Positions 1-9,671 of a stretch of DNA of 60,307 bases are shown piece after piece. The first letter of the stretch is position 1. Every line of letters begins with the position of its first letter. Source of the stretch: Gemmatimonadota bacterium. Lineage in GTDB: Bacteria; Gemmatimonadota; Gemmatimonadetes; Palauibacterales; Palauibacteraceae. A model generated the notes under the pieces. It saw only the letters and a list, made by a program, of their open reading frames with translations, was not told the DNA's origin and did no database searches. The stretch spans positions 1-60,307 of the forward strand of contig JBDHAC010000058.1 of assembly GCA_039588275.1 (NCBI GenBank), read 5' to 3'. Position numbers and translations under genes: made by a program.

Positions 1-3
1 CAC

Positions 4-79
4 GGGCGAATAGCTCAGCCTGGTTTAGAGCGCCTGCCTTACAAGCAGGAGGTCGGGGGTTCGAATCCCTCTTCGCCCA
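4..79 (+). tRNA. tRNA-Val (anticodon TAC), 3' CCA not encoded
   Basis: Acceptor stem GGGCGAA/TTCGCCC plus discriminator A; D-arm TAGCTCAG..TGG..AGAGC; anticodon arm CCTGC-CTTACAA-GCAGG; T-loop GGTTCGAATCC. Confidence 0.97.
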
Positions 80-206
80 TAGAATCACGAACAACGGGAC
101 ATGTTCATGGGACACGTTATGCCCGGAGCCGACACCGCGACTCGATCCTTCTGAGGTGCGGAAACCCGCCCGCGAATGCATCTGACCGACTCGACTCCCG
201 AGCTGT

Positions 207-240
207 GCCGTAGGAGGCCGCTGAAGAACACTTCGCGGCC
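207..240 (+). repeat. Dispersed REP/MITE-like hairpin repeat, copy 1 (degenerate)
   Basis: GCCGTAGGAGGCCGCTGA matches 55587-55604 at 17/18 nt; folds as GGCCGC-T-GAAG-aaca-CTTC-GCGGCC. Confidence 0.55.
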
Positions 241-247
241 CGCCTGA

Positions 248-1516
248 ATGCTCCGCGGCACTCCGTTTCACTCGCGCACGAGCCCGCTCTGCGAAGCGAG
301 CAACTGGCGACGCTGGGCCGGCTATGTGTCGGCAAGCTCGTATGAGCTCACGCACGAGCACGAATACGCCGCTATCCGGGGCACTGCCGGACTGATCGAC
401 GTTTCACCCCTCTACAAGTACAGGGTCACGGGCCGGGACGCCGCGCCGTTATTGGATCGGATGATCACACGGGACGTGGAGCAGTGCGCGGTCGGACAGG
501 TGCTCTACACTCCATGGTGCGACCCGGACGGCAAGGTCCGGGACGATGGCACCGTCCAGCGTCTCGACGAGTCCGATTTTCGTCTCACGGCGGCCGAGCC
601 GAACTTCCTGTGGATGCACGAGAACTCCGCCGGTCTGGACGTCACGATCCACGATGAGACTGACGAGATCGGCGCCCTGGCGCTCCAGGGGCCGACGTCG
701 TGCGACATCCTCCGCGCGATCACCGAGGCCGACATCGAACAGCTCGGGTTCTTCCGCGTGATCCAGACGCAGGTCGCGGGTATCCCGGTTCAGATCTCGC
801 GCACCGGTTACACGGGGGACCTCGGATACGAGATCTGGGCGGATGCCGGATCGGCGGGGCCGCTCTGGGACGCTCTGATCGAAACGGGCACGACCTACGG
901 TATCGCCCCGGCGGGTCTGCTCGCCCTCGACATGGTCCGTGTGGAGGCGGGGCTCATCCTCATCGACGTCGACTACGTACCCGCTCATCGGGCGGTAATC
1001 GACCTCCGCAAGTCCTCGCCGTACGAGCTCGGACTCGGGTGGACGGTGAAGCTCGACAAGAAGCCGTTCGTGGGGCAGGCGGCGCTGGCGGCCGAGAAGG
1101 CCCGCGCTCCGGAGTGGAAGTTTCGTGGACTCGAGATCGACTGGGAGTCGCTCGAGAAGGCGTATCTGAAGGTGGGTCTGCCGCCACAGCTGCCAGGAGC
1201 CACGGTGCGTGACAGCGTGCCCGTGTACGCCGACGGTGCGCAGGTCGGGTATGCGACGAGCCGTTGTTGGTCGCCGACGCTCAAGCGGTACCTGGGGCTG
1301 GCCCACCTGGAGGCGCCGTTCGCGTCCATCGGATCAACGGTCGAGATCGAGGTCACCGTCGAGCACCGGCGGCGGCGCGCCGAAGCGCGCGTGACGAAGA
1401 CGCCGTTCTTCGACCCGGAGCGGAAGCGTGCGACTCCGTCAGCGAGGGCCGCCACATCCGCTCACCGAAACGCCGCGGCCACTTCAGTGACTGATGGGCA
1501 GACGCCCGATGGCTAA
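248..1516 (+). CDS. GcvT-like aminomethyltransferase family protein (folate-binding)
   Basis: Motifs [42 protein letters not shown] and C-terminal PFFDP.R.R; no gcvH/gcvP nearby. Confidence 0.9.
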   Translation: MLRGTPFHSRTSPLCEASNWRRWAGYVSASSYELTHEHEYAAIRGTAGLIDVSPLYKYRVTGRDAAPLLDRMITRDVEQCAVGQVLYTPWCDPDGKVRDDGTVQRLDESDFRLTAAEPNFLWMHENSAGLDVTIHDETDEIGALALQGPTSCDILRAITEADIEQLGFFRVIQTQVAGIPVQISRTGYTGDLGYEIWADAGSAGPLWDALIETGTTYGIAPAGLLALDMVRVEAGLILIDVDYVPAHRAVIDLRKSSPYELGLGWTVKLDKKPFVGQAALAAEKARAPEWKFRGLEIDWESLEKAYLKVGLPPQLPGATVRDSVPVYADGAQVGYATSRCWSPTLKRYLGLAHLEAPFASIGSTVEIEVTVEHRRRRAEARVTKTPFFDPERKRATPSARAATSAHRNAAATSVTDGQTPDG

Positions 1517-3098
1517 CCGATCGGCGTACGACGTCATCGTGGTCGGCGGTGGGCACAACGGCCTGATCGCCGCGGCCTATTTGGGCCGGGCCGGGCTTCG
1601 GACGCTCGTCCTCGAGCGGCGGCATCTGGTGGGCGGAGCCGCCGTCACAGAGGAGATCTACCCGGGCTTCAAGTACTCCGTAGCCTCCTACGTGGTGAGC
1701 CTCCTGCGACCGGAGATCATCCGCGACCTGGATCTCTCGCGTCATGGTCTCGAGATCCTTCCGCTGGAGAGCACCATCACTCCGCTGCGGAACGGAGACT
1801 ACCTCGGCCGCTGGGCGGACCACGACAAGACCCGCCGCGAGCTCTACCGACACTCGCCGCGCGACGCCGAGGCGTACGACGACTTCGGGACGTTGATGTA
1901 CCAGCTGGCCTGGGCGGTCAAACCGATCCTCGGGATGGTGCCTCCGGATCCGCTGTCCTTGAGCCCCCGCGATCTGAAAACGATGCTGAGGCTCGGGAAG
2001 CACGTGCGGGATCTCGGTGAGAAGCAATTCCACGCGCTGTACAAGCTCATGACGATGAGCTCCGCCGACTTCCTCGACGAGTGGTTCGAGTTCGAGCCGC
2101 TCAAGGCGACGATGTCGGCGAGCGGGATCATCGGGACGTTCCTGGGTCCGCGATCTCCGGGAACGGCATACGTCCTCCTCCACCACTACATGGGCGAGAT
2201 CGACGGCGTCTTCCGGGCATGGGGCATGGCGAAGGGCGGGACCGGCGCCGTGAGCGAGTCGATCGCGTCCGCGGCCCGCGAGCACGGCGCGGAGATCCGG
2301 CTCGAGAGTACGGTCGACCGCGTGATCGTGAAGGGTCGGAAAGCGGTCGGCGTCGGTCTCGAGAACGGGGACGAGATCTACGCCCGGACGATCGTCTCCG
2401 GCGTGGACCCGAAGCGGACGTTTCTCGAGCTGCTGGATTCCGGTGATCTCCCCGGAGACTTCCTCGATGCGATCCGGCGGTTCCGTATCCGCGGCTCCTC
2501 TGGGAAGGTGAACCTGTCGCTGAGCGAGCTCCCCGAGTTCACGTGTCTACCCGGTCGAGGGCCGCACCACCGAGGGGCGATCTCGATCAGTCCCGACATC
2601 GAGTATCTCGAACGGGCCTACGACGACGCCAAGTACGGGGAGTTCTCACGGCACCCGTACATGGACATCATCATTCCGTCGATGATCGATCCCGGGATGG
2701 CGCCACCCGGAAGACATGTGATGTCGATCTTCGTCCAGTACGCGCCGTTCGACCTGAACGGGGGCTGGGACGACGCGAAGCGCGAGGCGTTCGGGGACGC
2801 TGTCGTCGACACGCTGAGCATATACGCGCCGAACCTGAAGGAATCCATCCTCCACCGTCAGGTCATGACGCCCATGGACATGCAGGAAGTCCTGGGGTTG
2901 ACCGAGGGCAACATCTTCCACGGCGAGCTGTCGCTTCACCAGCTGTTCTTCTACCGGCCGGCACCGGAGTGGTCGAACTACCGCACGCCGGTTCGGGGCT
3001 TCTACCAGTGCGGGTCGGGGACGCACCCGGGTGGAGGGGTGTGCGGCGCCTCCGGCCGGCTGGCCGCGCTCGAGATCCTCAAGGACCTGCGGCGATGA
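1509..3098 (+). CDS. Phytoene desaturase-like NAD(P)/FAD-dependent oxidoreductase (PYROXD2-like), paralogue A
   Basis: N-terminal [13 protein letters not shown]ossmann motif, [14 protein letters not shown]-terminal GNIFHGE and [13 protein letters not shown]; start 1509 (alternative 1494) overlaps upstream stop. Confidence 0.9.
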   Translation: MANRSAYDVIVVGGGHNGLIAAAYLGRAGLRTLVLERRHLVGGAAVTEEIYPGFKYSVASYVVSLLRPEIIRDLDLSRHGLEILPLESTITPLRNGDYLGRWADHDKTRRELYRHSPRDAEAYDDFGTLMYQLAWAVKPILGMVPPDPLSLSPRDLKTMLRLGKHVRDLGEKQFHALYKLMTMSSADFLDEWFEFEPLKATMSASGIIGTFLGPRSPGTAYVLLHHYMGEIDGVFRAWGMAKGGTGAVSESIASAAREHGAEIRLESTVDRVIVKGRKAVGVGLENGDEIYARTIVSGVDPKRTFLELLDSGDLPGDFLDAIRRFRIRGSSGKVNLSLSELPEFTCLPGRGPHHRGAISISPDIEYLERAYDDAKYGEFSRHPYMDIIIPSMIDPGMAPPGRHVMSIFVQYAPFDLNGGWDDAKREAFGDAVVDTLSIYAPNLKESILHRQVMTPMDMQEVLGLTEGNIFHGELSLHQLFFYRPAPEWSNYRTPVRGFYQCGSGTHPGGGVCGASGRLAALEILKDLRR

Positions 3099-4687
3099 CG
3101 ACCCGGGGGACGGGGTCCGTGGGCTCGGAGCCGTATGACGCGATCGTCATCGGCGCGGGCGTCAACGGGCTCGTGACGGCGTCCTACCTCGCCCGCTCGG
3201 GACGGCGGACGATCGTCCTCGAACGTACGGACGAGCCCGGCGGGTGCGCGGCGACCGAGGAGCTGTGGCCGGGCTTCCGGGTCGACGTCGGGGCGCACGA
3301 GATGGCCGCCCTCGATCGCCGGGCCGTGGCAGATCTCCACCTCGATCGTGCGGGTCTCGAGATCGTGCGCCCGGACCCCGCGGTCGTGTCTCTCCAGCCG
3401 GGAGGTGGTGCTCTCGCCCTGTATCGCGATGCGGCGCGAACGGCGGACGCGATCCGGCCCTTCTCGAGGCGCGATGCTGCTCGCTGGCCGGCGTTCGCCG
3501 ATGCGATGGGGCGTGCCGCTCGGGCGCTCGGCATTCTGTACGAGACGACACCTCCCCGCGCAGCCGGGGCCAGCCGCAAGGATCTCTGGGAGCTCGTGCG
3601 CTTGGGCGCGAAGCTCGGGCGGGTCGGGCGCGCGGACGCCGTTGAGCTGATGCGGCTTCTGCCGATGACGATCGGGGAGCTGCTTGATGAGTGGTTCGAA
3701 AGCGACGCGGTCACGGGCGTTCTCGCCGCCCGCGGCTGTCACGGCATCTGCCAGGGACCGATGGCGGCGGGCACGGCGCTCGTGTTCCTGCACGGCATGG
3801 TGGGCGGGTCGCGCTTGCCGCTCTCCACGCGGTGGGTTCGGGGCGGGATGGCCGGTCTCGGCGCCGTCCTGGCGACCGCGGCTCGAGACTTCGGCGCGAA
3901 GATCCTCACCGACGCGACCGTCGGACGAATCACCGTCAGGGACCACGCGGTACGCGGTGTCGTGCTTGAGTCGGGCGAGGAGATCGCGGGTGACCTGGTT
4001 GCGTCGAGCGCCGACCCGCGTCGGACGTTCCTAGGACTCGTCGATCCGGGGCACCTCGACCCCGACTTCGTCCGCCAGGTCCGGAACATCCGCTATCGCG
4101 GCGCGTGCGCTAAGGTGCACCTGGCCCTGGACGGGCTGCCGGACTTCGGGTCGGAGAACGGGAATGCCGCCTCGTTCTGCGTGGCACCCAGCCTCCGGTA
4201 CGTGGAGCGGGCGTACGATGACGCCAAGTACGGTGCGCCTTCCCGGGAGCCGCACCTCCGGGCCGTGATTCCGACGGTTCTGGACCCGACGCTGGCCCCG
4301 CAGGGTCGGCATGTGATGTCGGTCCTCGTTCAGTACGCGCCCTACGATCTGCGTGACGGCGAGTGGGATGACGGTGCGCGAGACGTGGTGGGGGACACCG
4401 CCCTGCGAACGCTGGCCGGCTGCGCTCCAGGGCTGGCGGACCGCGTCGTCCACAGCCACGTGCTCTCGCCGGCCGATCTGGAAGCCCGCTTCGGGCTGAC
4501 GGAAGGGAGCATCAACCACGGCGAGGTGATGCTCGATCAGGTCTTCATCGGGCGCCCGGTTCCCGGGTGGGCGCGGTACGAGACCCCGATCCGCGGCTTG
4601 TACTCATGCGGAGCCGGCAGTCATCCCGGGGGTGGTCTGACGGGGTCCCCCGGTGTCAACGCCGCCCGGCGGATCCTCGCCTCATGA
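3095..4687 (+). CDS. Phytoene desaturase-like NAD(P)/FAD-dependent oxidoreductase, paralogue B
   Basis: ATGA overlap with paralogue [34 protein letters not shown]; 3' part of ORF 2543..4687. Confidence 0.88.
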   Translation: MTTRGTGSVGSEPYDAIVIGAGVNGLVTASYLARSGRRTIVLERTDEPGGCAATEELWPGFRVDVGAHEMAALDRRAVADLHLDRAGLEIVRPDPAVVSLQPGGGALALYRDAARTADAIRPFSRRDAARWPAFADAMGRAARALGILYETTPPRAAGASRKDLWELVRLGAKLGRVGRADAVELMRLLPMTIGELLDEWFESDAVTGVLAARGCHGICQGPMAAGTALVFLHGMVGGSRLPLSTRWVRGGMAGLGAVLATAARDFGAKILTDATVGRITVRDHAVRGVVLESGEEIAGDLVASSADPRRTFLGLVDPGHLDPDFVRQVRNIRYRGACAKVHLALDGLPDFGSENGNAASFCVAPSLRYVERAYDDAKYGAPSREPHLRAVIPTVLDPTLAPQGRHVMSVLVQYAPYDLRDGEWDDGARDVVGDTALRTLAGCAPGLADRVVHSHVLSPADLEARFGLTEGSINHGEVMLDQVFIGRPVPGWARYETPIRGLYSCGAGSHPGGGLTGSPGVNAARRILAS

Positions 4688-4866
4688 TCGCACCAGCACC
4701 AGTGTGATCGGCGATGGTCGGAGTTCCCGTCACACCGCGGGCGAGGAGCGGCAAGTCTTCCCTCAGTCCCCAAAAAGCCGCACGATATGGTCCTGAGGGA
4801 AGAATCGGTGGTCTTGTGGCGGGCCTTACAAGCACCACGAAAGTACCCACGCGAAGGAGTTCAAGA

Positions 4867-5511
4867 ATGGTAAAGCAATTCCGCACCCCCTCGATCGCGG
4901 CGCTATGCGCCATGCTGGGGATCGGCCTGTTCGGGTGTGGCGGTGACGAGGGAGCCACGGAGGAGTCGCCCGCAGACGACTTCGCCAGTGCTATGGAAGG
5001 TCTCCGCGAAGCTGCGGAGGGTTTGGCGAGCGGCGAACGCGTCGACCCCGTGGACTTCCGCGAGCTCCAGGAGCTTCTGCCCGAGGAGGTGGCGGGCTTG
5101 CGCCGAGTCAGCCGGGAAGGGCAACGGTCCGGAGCGGCCGGGATCACTTTCTCGATCGCGGAAGCGCGCTACGAGGCGGAGGCGGAGGAGGAGTACGGAA
5201 GCATCGAGATCTCGGTGACTGACACGGGTGGACTGGGTGGCTTCGCGGCGATGGGGATGGCCGCGTGGCTCAGCGTGGACGTGGACCGCGAGACCGACCG
5301 CGGATACGAGCGTACCACGAAGTACGAGGGTTATCCGGCATACGAGGAGTTCCAATCGCGCGAGGGAGACATCGGCTCCGCCGAGCTCAGCTTCGTCGTC
5401 GGCGAGCGCTTCATCGTGCAGCTCGATGGCAACGACGTGCGGATGGACGATGTGAAAGACGCGGCCGGCGATCTGCCTCTGCGACGGCTCGAGGACCTCT
5501 CCAGGCGCTAA
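4867..5511 (+). CDS. Hypothetical lipoprotein
   Basis: AAGGAG RBS upstream of ATG 4867; signal peptide ending in lipobox LFGC; acidic mature part. Confidence 0.75.
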   Translation: MVKQFRTPSIAALCAMLGIGLFGCGGDEGATEESPADDFASAMEGLREAAEGLASGERVDPVDFRELQELLPEEVAGLRRVSREGQRSGAAGITFSIAEARYEAEAEEEYGSIEISVTDTGGLGGFAAMGMAAWLSVDVDRETDRGYERTTKYEGYPAYEEFQSREGDIGSAELSFVVGERFIVQLDGNDVRMDDVKDAAGDLPLRRLEDLSRR

Positions 5512-5603
5512 CCAACCCGTCTCCCCGCCTCACCGGCGCTCGGTGGGGCGGGGTCATGACGCCACGAACTCGGCATCCACACCTCGACGACCGCTCCTGT
5601 ACG

Positions 5604-5951
5604 TCACGCGCAGCGGCCGATCGTGATCAATCCCTTGCCCGCGACCCAGGCATCCTCCGCCACCCAAGCATCGGTCGTCGCTTCTGAGCTGCCCCGCAGC
5701 CCAGACACGCCTAGGACCTGGCCATGGATCGCTTGCGCGTCTCGTGCTCGCGCTCGTGCGCCTCGGTCGATGGGCTCGGACCGCAGCGTGCCACCCCGCA
5801 CCGTCGCTCCGACGACCAGCGCGCCGCTCACCAGCACCAGGTTCTTGATGATGTACTGAGCTTCGAGCGTCAGAACGAACGGCTCGCGAACGAACATGTC
5901 GCCCGGGAACAGCACGAGCGGCGTAACCGTGCCGCTTACAAAGGGGCTCAA
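5604..5951 (-). pseudogene. Remnant of a DoxX-like membrane protein (C-terminal part only)
   Basis: TPLVLFP...LTLEAQYIIKNLVLVSGALVVGATVRGG resembles the C-terminus of DoxX-type membrane proteins; no intact N-terminal transmembrane region or clear start upstream. Confidence 0.5.
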
Positions 5952-6151
5952 CGAGCCTCGAGGAACCCGATCGAGTGCACGTGCCGACGAACACGCCGAA
6001 TGCGGCGTGAGCCGGGCATTTCGGGCGGCAAGGGGTGTGTTCCGAGTCAGGGCGGGTCTTGCGGCGTCGTGATTCGGAGACTACCTGAGCGTGAGCTTCG
6101 CGCGGGCGCACATTGCCCTCTCTCCTTGCTCCCCTTCAAGGAGGCTACCTC

Positions 6152-6544
6152 ATGAGCTCACGTGTCCAAGCGATGGTCGGTACGGCCATCACGGCATTCA
6201 TCGTCTTTTGGCTCGGGGTCCGTTTCGTGTTCGGCCCCGTGATCGCGGACGATCAGCCAGGTGACCCGCTGCTCGCACCGTGGCTGGCGCTGGCCATCGT
6301 CGCGATCATCTACGTCTTCCTTCTGGACTGGGCGGCCACCGCCACCGGCAACGCGGTCAAGGCGGCCCTCGTCATCGCCCTCTCCCAGATCGTCCTGGTG
6401 GATATCTACTATCCGCTGATCGGCCGGCGTGGCTGGGCGGCGGCCGGGGCGAGCATTGCCGTGATCTTCGTAGGTTGGTTCATCGTCGGGACGGTGTACG
6501 GGAAGCTCTCCGGCGGAGGTGGGACCGGATCCGGCGGTGCCTGA
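6152..6544 (+). CDS. Small hypothetical membrane protein (about 4 TM helices)
   Basis: AAGGAGG RBS before ATG 6152; four hydrophobic segments. Confidence 0.75.
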   Translation: MSSRVQAMVGTAITAFIVFWLGVRFVFGPVIADDQPGDPLLAPWLALAIVAIIYVFLLDWAATATGNAVKAALVIALSQIVLVDIYYPLIGRRGWAAAGASIAVIFVGWFIVGTVYGKLSGGGGTGSGGA

Positions 6545-6656
6545 CCCCGCCACGACCTGAGAGAGCCATCGGGCGCCCGCGCGAACTCGACCGCCCCGGC
6601 TCGAAACTGTCCAGCAAGAACTCGAGTCCCTAACCCCCTTCGGCCACAGGTAGGAC

Positions 6657-7076
6657 ATGGGATGCAGGATCGACCTCAGGGCGTACTACGAGTGGCGCGA
6701 AACGCCGTTCAGCGGTGGCTCCGGTGGCGTCGATCGAATCGACGTCGTCCTCAGCAGGAGCCAGGTCCGCATCAGGCTCGGTTGGTGGGCGCGGTTCCCG
6801 TACCGGCGAGCCGGGTCTCGATCCAACGAGGCGGTCTCGGTCGCCACGCCCCTGCCCTCGGACGAGTTCCTCGAGACCTTCAAGCTGAGGCGGGGGTGCA
6901 ACGTGAAACGACGCTACCGGTTCATCGTGCAGTTCAAGCGTCAGCTGACGACGGGTAGAACCGAGACGAGGGCCACACGAACCATCTACTATCCATCCGC
7001 TGCCGGCTGGACGCGGGATACGCTGATCGATCTCGGCAACGTCGTCGACCACTTCATCCTGCCGACAAAGCCCTGA
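6657..7076 (+). CDS. Hypothetical basic protein
   Basis: AGGA RBS before ATG; 139-aa ORF with GC-biased codons; no recognised family. Confidence 0.5.
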   Translation: MGCRIDLRAYYEWRETPFSGGSGGVDRIDVVLSRSQVRIRLGWWARFPYRRAGSRSNEAVSVATPLPSDEFLETFKLRRGCNVKRRYRFIVQFKRQLTTGRTETRATRTIYYPSAAGWTRDTLIDLGNVVDHFILPTKP

Positions 7077-7182
7077 ACAGACGGGGCGCGCCGCCGCCCG
7101 GCCCCTTCCAACCATCGCAGGCTCGAGGGGTATCGTAGTTTTGTAGCGAGCTGCACGTGTACCCCTGACCCGGAGGTGTCCG

Positions 7183-8145
7183 GTGCTGGAATGGCTGCGG
7201 AATCGACCCCGCCGTGACTTGATACTCGCGCTGTCCTTGGCGGGTGGCTTCGCGCTGCTCGTCGCTACCGTGGTTCCCGCGATGGTGCATTCCGTAGACC
7301 GGACGGTCCATTACGAGTTCCACTCGTCCGGGGCCCAAGAGTCATCCGGGGCCCAAGAGGTCGTATACGACCAGCGGCTCGATGTCTCGCCAGGCGGGAG
7401 GCTCGTAGTCGAGCTCGGCGACTTCGATGTACACGTAGCCGCGAGCTCGGGATCAGAGGCGAGGGTACGCGTACGGATGAATGCCGACGCGTCGACCGCG
7501 CAGGAGATCTTGGAGCAGATGGGGTTCGCCGTCGAGGCGAGAAACGGCGATTTGCACGTCACGACGACCGCCCAACGGCACCGGGGCGGGTGGAAGCACC
7601 GCGATAACCTCGGGCTGGGCGTCGAAGTCACCGTGCCGAGCCACTTCGACGTACGCGTTCAAACGGGCGATGGGGACGTCGCGCTCGAGTCGATCGAGGG
7701 GACCGTGGAGCTCCAGACCGGTGACGGGGACATCAGCCTCGAGGGCGTCATCGGTCCACAGGTCAAGATTCAGACGGGCGATGGCGATGTGTTCGCCGGC
7801 GACCTCGATGCCGAGAGCCTCAGGGTCCAGACCGGCGATGGCGACATCTTCATCGAAGAGCTTGCCGGCACACTGAGCGCTTCGACCGGTGACGGCGATG
7901 TACGGGTGGAGATCGCCCGCTTCGAAGGCGTCCAGATTCAGACCGGCGATGGGGACGTGAGCCTGCACTTGAATCCATCGGTCCAGGCCGACGTCGACAT
8001 CGTCGGCGAGGCCTTCCGGATTGGCGACGCTTTCGCGCTGCCCGTGAGGCTCCAGGGTCGCCACATCGAAGGCGAACTGAATGGCGGCGGGCCGCGGCTG
8101 TCCGTTCGCGTCGGTGACGGTACGATCAGCCTCATCGAGCGGTAA
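7183..8145 (+). CDS. DUF4097 / adhesin-like beta-strand repeat protein, membrane-anchored
   Basis: GGAGG RBS and GTG start; N-terminal TM; six TGDGD repeats; C-terminal LNGGGPRLSVRVGDGTI. Confidence 0.85.
   Translation: MLEWLRNRPRRDLILALSLAGGFALLVATVVPAMVHSVDRTVHYEFHSSGAQESSGAQEVVYDQRLDVSPGGRLVVELGDFDVHVAASSGSEARVRVRMNADASTAQEILEQMGFAVEARNGDLHVTTTAQRHRGGWKHRDNLGLGVEVTVPSHFDVRVQTGDGDVALESIEGTVELQTGDGDISLEGVIGPQVKIQTGDGDVFAGDLDAESLRVQTGDGDIFIEELAGTLSASTGDGDVRVEIARFEGVQIQTGDGDVSLHLNPSVQADVDIVGEAFRIGDAFALPVRLQGRHIEGELNGGGPRLSVRVGDGTISLIER
7324..7359 (+). repeat. 18-bp in-frame tandem duplication (SSGAQE x2)
   Basis: TCGTCCGGGGCCCAAGAG followed by TCATCCGGGGCCCAAGAG. Confidence 0.85.
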
Positions 8146-8173
8146 CACCGCTGTCGATCGCTCGACCCCTTAC

Positions 8174-8203
8174 ATGAGTGGCTCCTCGGGTGGGGCCACT
8201 CAT
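8174..8203. terminator. Stem-loop downstream of DUF4097 gene (putative terminator)
   Basis: ATGAGTGGCTCC-tcgggt-GGGGCCACTCAT, 12-bp stem with one G-U pair; no strong U-tract. Confidence 0.5.
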
Positions 8204-8311
8204 ACCTGATCTCCGCAGAGAGCCTCCGAGCCTCAGGAGCTTCCCACGCTCCGAGGCGTATCAGGGGGACCGCTGCCAGGGTACCTCAACGCACCCGAGC
8301 CCCCAAGACAC

Positions 8312-9505
8312 ATGAAAGCACGCTTGATCCCCCCCGTCTTCTTGGCTGTCGCCGCAGTGGGCCTGAGCCTGGGTATGCGCGGCCCGGACCTCGACGCCCG
8401 GCTGACCTCGCGCACCGCCTCCACTCCCTACACGGACGCGTCCGTCGGACCCGCGGGAGACCCCGTGCCGCCGACGGCCCAGCACGTGGAGACCCTCGCA
8501 TCCGGGCTCGACACCCCCTGGGACCTCGCGTGGGGTCCCGATGGCGCCATCTGGGTGACCGAGCGGCCGGGACGGATCTCACGCGTCGATCCATCCACGG
8601 GGGAGGTTACGGAAGTCGGTCGGATCGACGTGGTCGAGGTGAGCGAGAGCGGCCTCATGGGGATGGCGTTTCACCCTGATTTCGAGCGCCAGCCCTACGT
8701 GTACTTCGCGCACTCGTACGGCTCCCGCTCGAGCGTTCGTAATCGGGTCGTGCGGATGCACTTCGACGGCGACCGGCTGAGCGACCCGGACGTGCTCCTG
8801 AACGACATCCCGGGGGCCCGCAACCACGACGGCTCCCGCCTCGCGGTGGGCTCCGATGGGTTTCTGTACGTAACCACTGGAGATGCCGGGCGACGGGATC
8901 TCGCCCAGGATCTCGAGTCGCTGGCCGGGAAGATCTTGCGCCTCACGCTCGATGGTCGGCCGGCACCCGGGAACCCGTTCGGCTCGGCCGTCTATTCGTA
9001 CGGTCATCGAAACCCGCAGGGCCTCGCGTTCCACCCCACCACGGGCGTTCTGTATTCGGCCGAACACGGTCCGGGCGACAACGACGAGGTGAACCGGATT
9101 CAGATCGGCGGCAACTACGGTTGGCCTGCCGTGCACGGCCTCTGCGATGGCGAGTCATCCGCCGAAGAGGACTTCTGCCGGGACAACGAGGTGCAGGAGG
9201 CGATGAGCGTCTGGACACCGACGGCGGGGCTGTCCGGGTTATCGGTGTACGACTCGGATCTGATTCCGGGATGGCGGGGGAGCCTGCTCGTGACCTCCCT
9301 GCGGAGCGCGACCCTGTTTCGACTGACGCTCTCGGCGGATGGTCAGGGGGTTACGAGGAGAGAGGCCCTGTTCGCAGGAGAGTACGGTCGCCTGCGAGAC
9401 GTCCTGGTCGGACCGGAAGGCGAAGTGTACCTGGCCACCAGCAACCGTGACGGCCGCGGTCGCCCGGCTTCGGGCGACGATCGGATCCTGAAGATCACCC
9501 CCTGA
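8312..9505 (+). CDS. PQQ-dependent sugar dehydrogenase (glucose/sorbosone dehydrogenase family), exported
   Basis: Signal peptide; PWDLAW, TERPG, HDGSRL, GKILR, YGHRNPQG, EHG, NYGWP, GRLRDV motifs. Confidence 0.92.
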   Translation: MKARLIPPVFLAVAAVGLSLGMRGPDLDARLTSRTASTPYTDASVGPAGDPVPPTAQHVETLASGLDTPWDLAWGPDGAIWVTERPGRISRVDPSTGEVTEVGRIDVVEVSESGLMGMAFHPDFERQPYVYFAHSYGSRSSVRNRVVRMHFDGDRLSDPDVLLNDIPGARNHDGSRLAVGSDGFLYVTTGDAGRRDLAQDLESLAGKILRLTLDGRPAPGNPFGSAVYSYGHRNPQGLAFHPTTGVLYSAEHGPGDNDEVNRIQIGGNYGWPAVHGLCDGESSAEEDFCRDNEVQEAMSVWTPTAGLSGLSVYDSDLIPGWRGSLLVTSLRSATLFRLTLSADGQGVTRREALFAGEYGRLRDVLVGPEGEVYLATSNRDGRGRPASGDDRILKITP

Positions 9506-9671
9506 GCGCTTTTCGACCGCAGCGAGGGGGCCCGTGGCTCGCATGTAAACTCAGGAGCTACAGCTGGTTCGCTCGATCCCCTCGAGCGCGATACCTTGCC
9601 TCTTCACACGGTCCCGGCCAAGCCGTCGGACCGCGGACGAATCGCAACAGACCGGCATTCGATCGACGGGC

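Noticed and set aside
80..247. Glycine riboswitch upstream of the GcvT-like gene
   Set aside because: The GGAGA/CCGAAG/CTCAGG aptamer signatures were not found by eye; an Rfam scan would settle it.
1..250. Integrative element at tRNA-Val
   Set aside because: No integrase follows, and no duplicated tRNA 3' end was seen in the window. Sequence upstream of the tRNA is not visible.
1509..4687. Carotenoid biosynthesis (crtI) genes
   Set aside because: No crtB/crtE/crtY nearby. The motifs fit the PYROXD2-like branch and the partner gene is GcvT-like.
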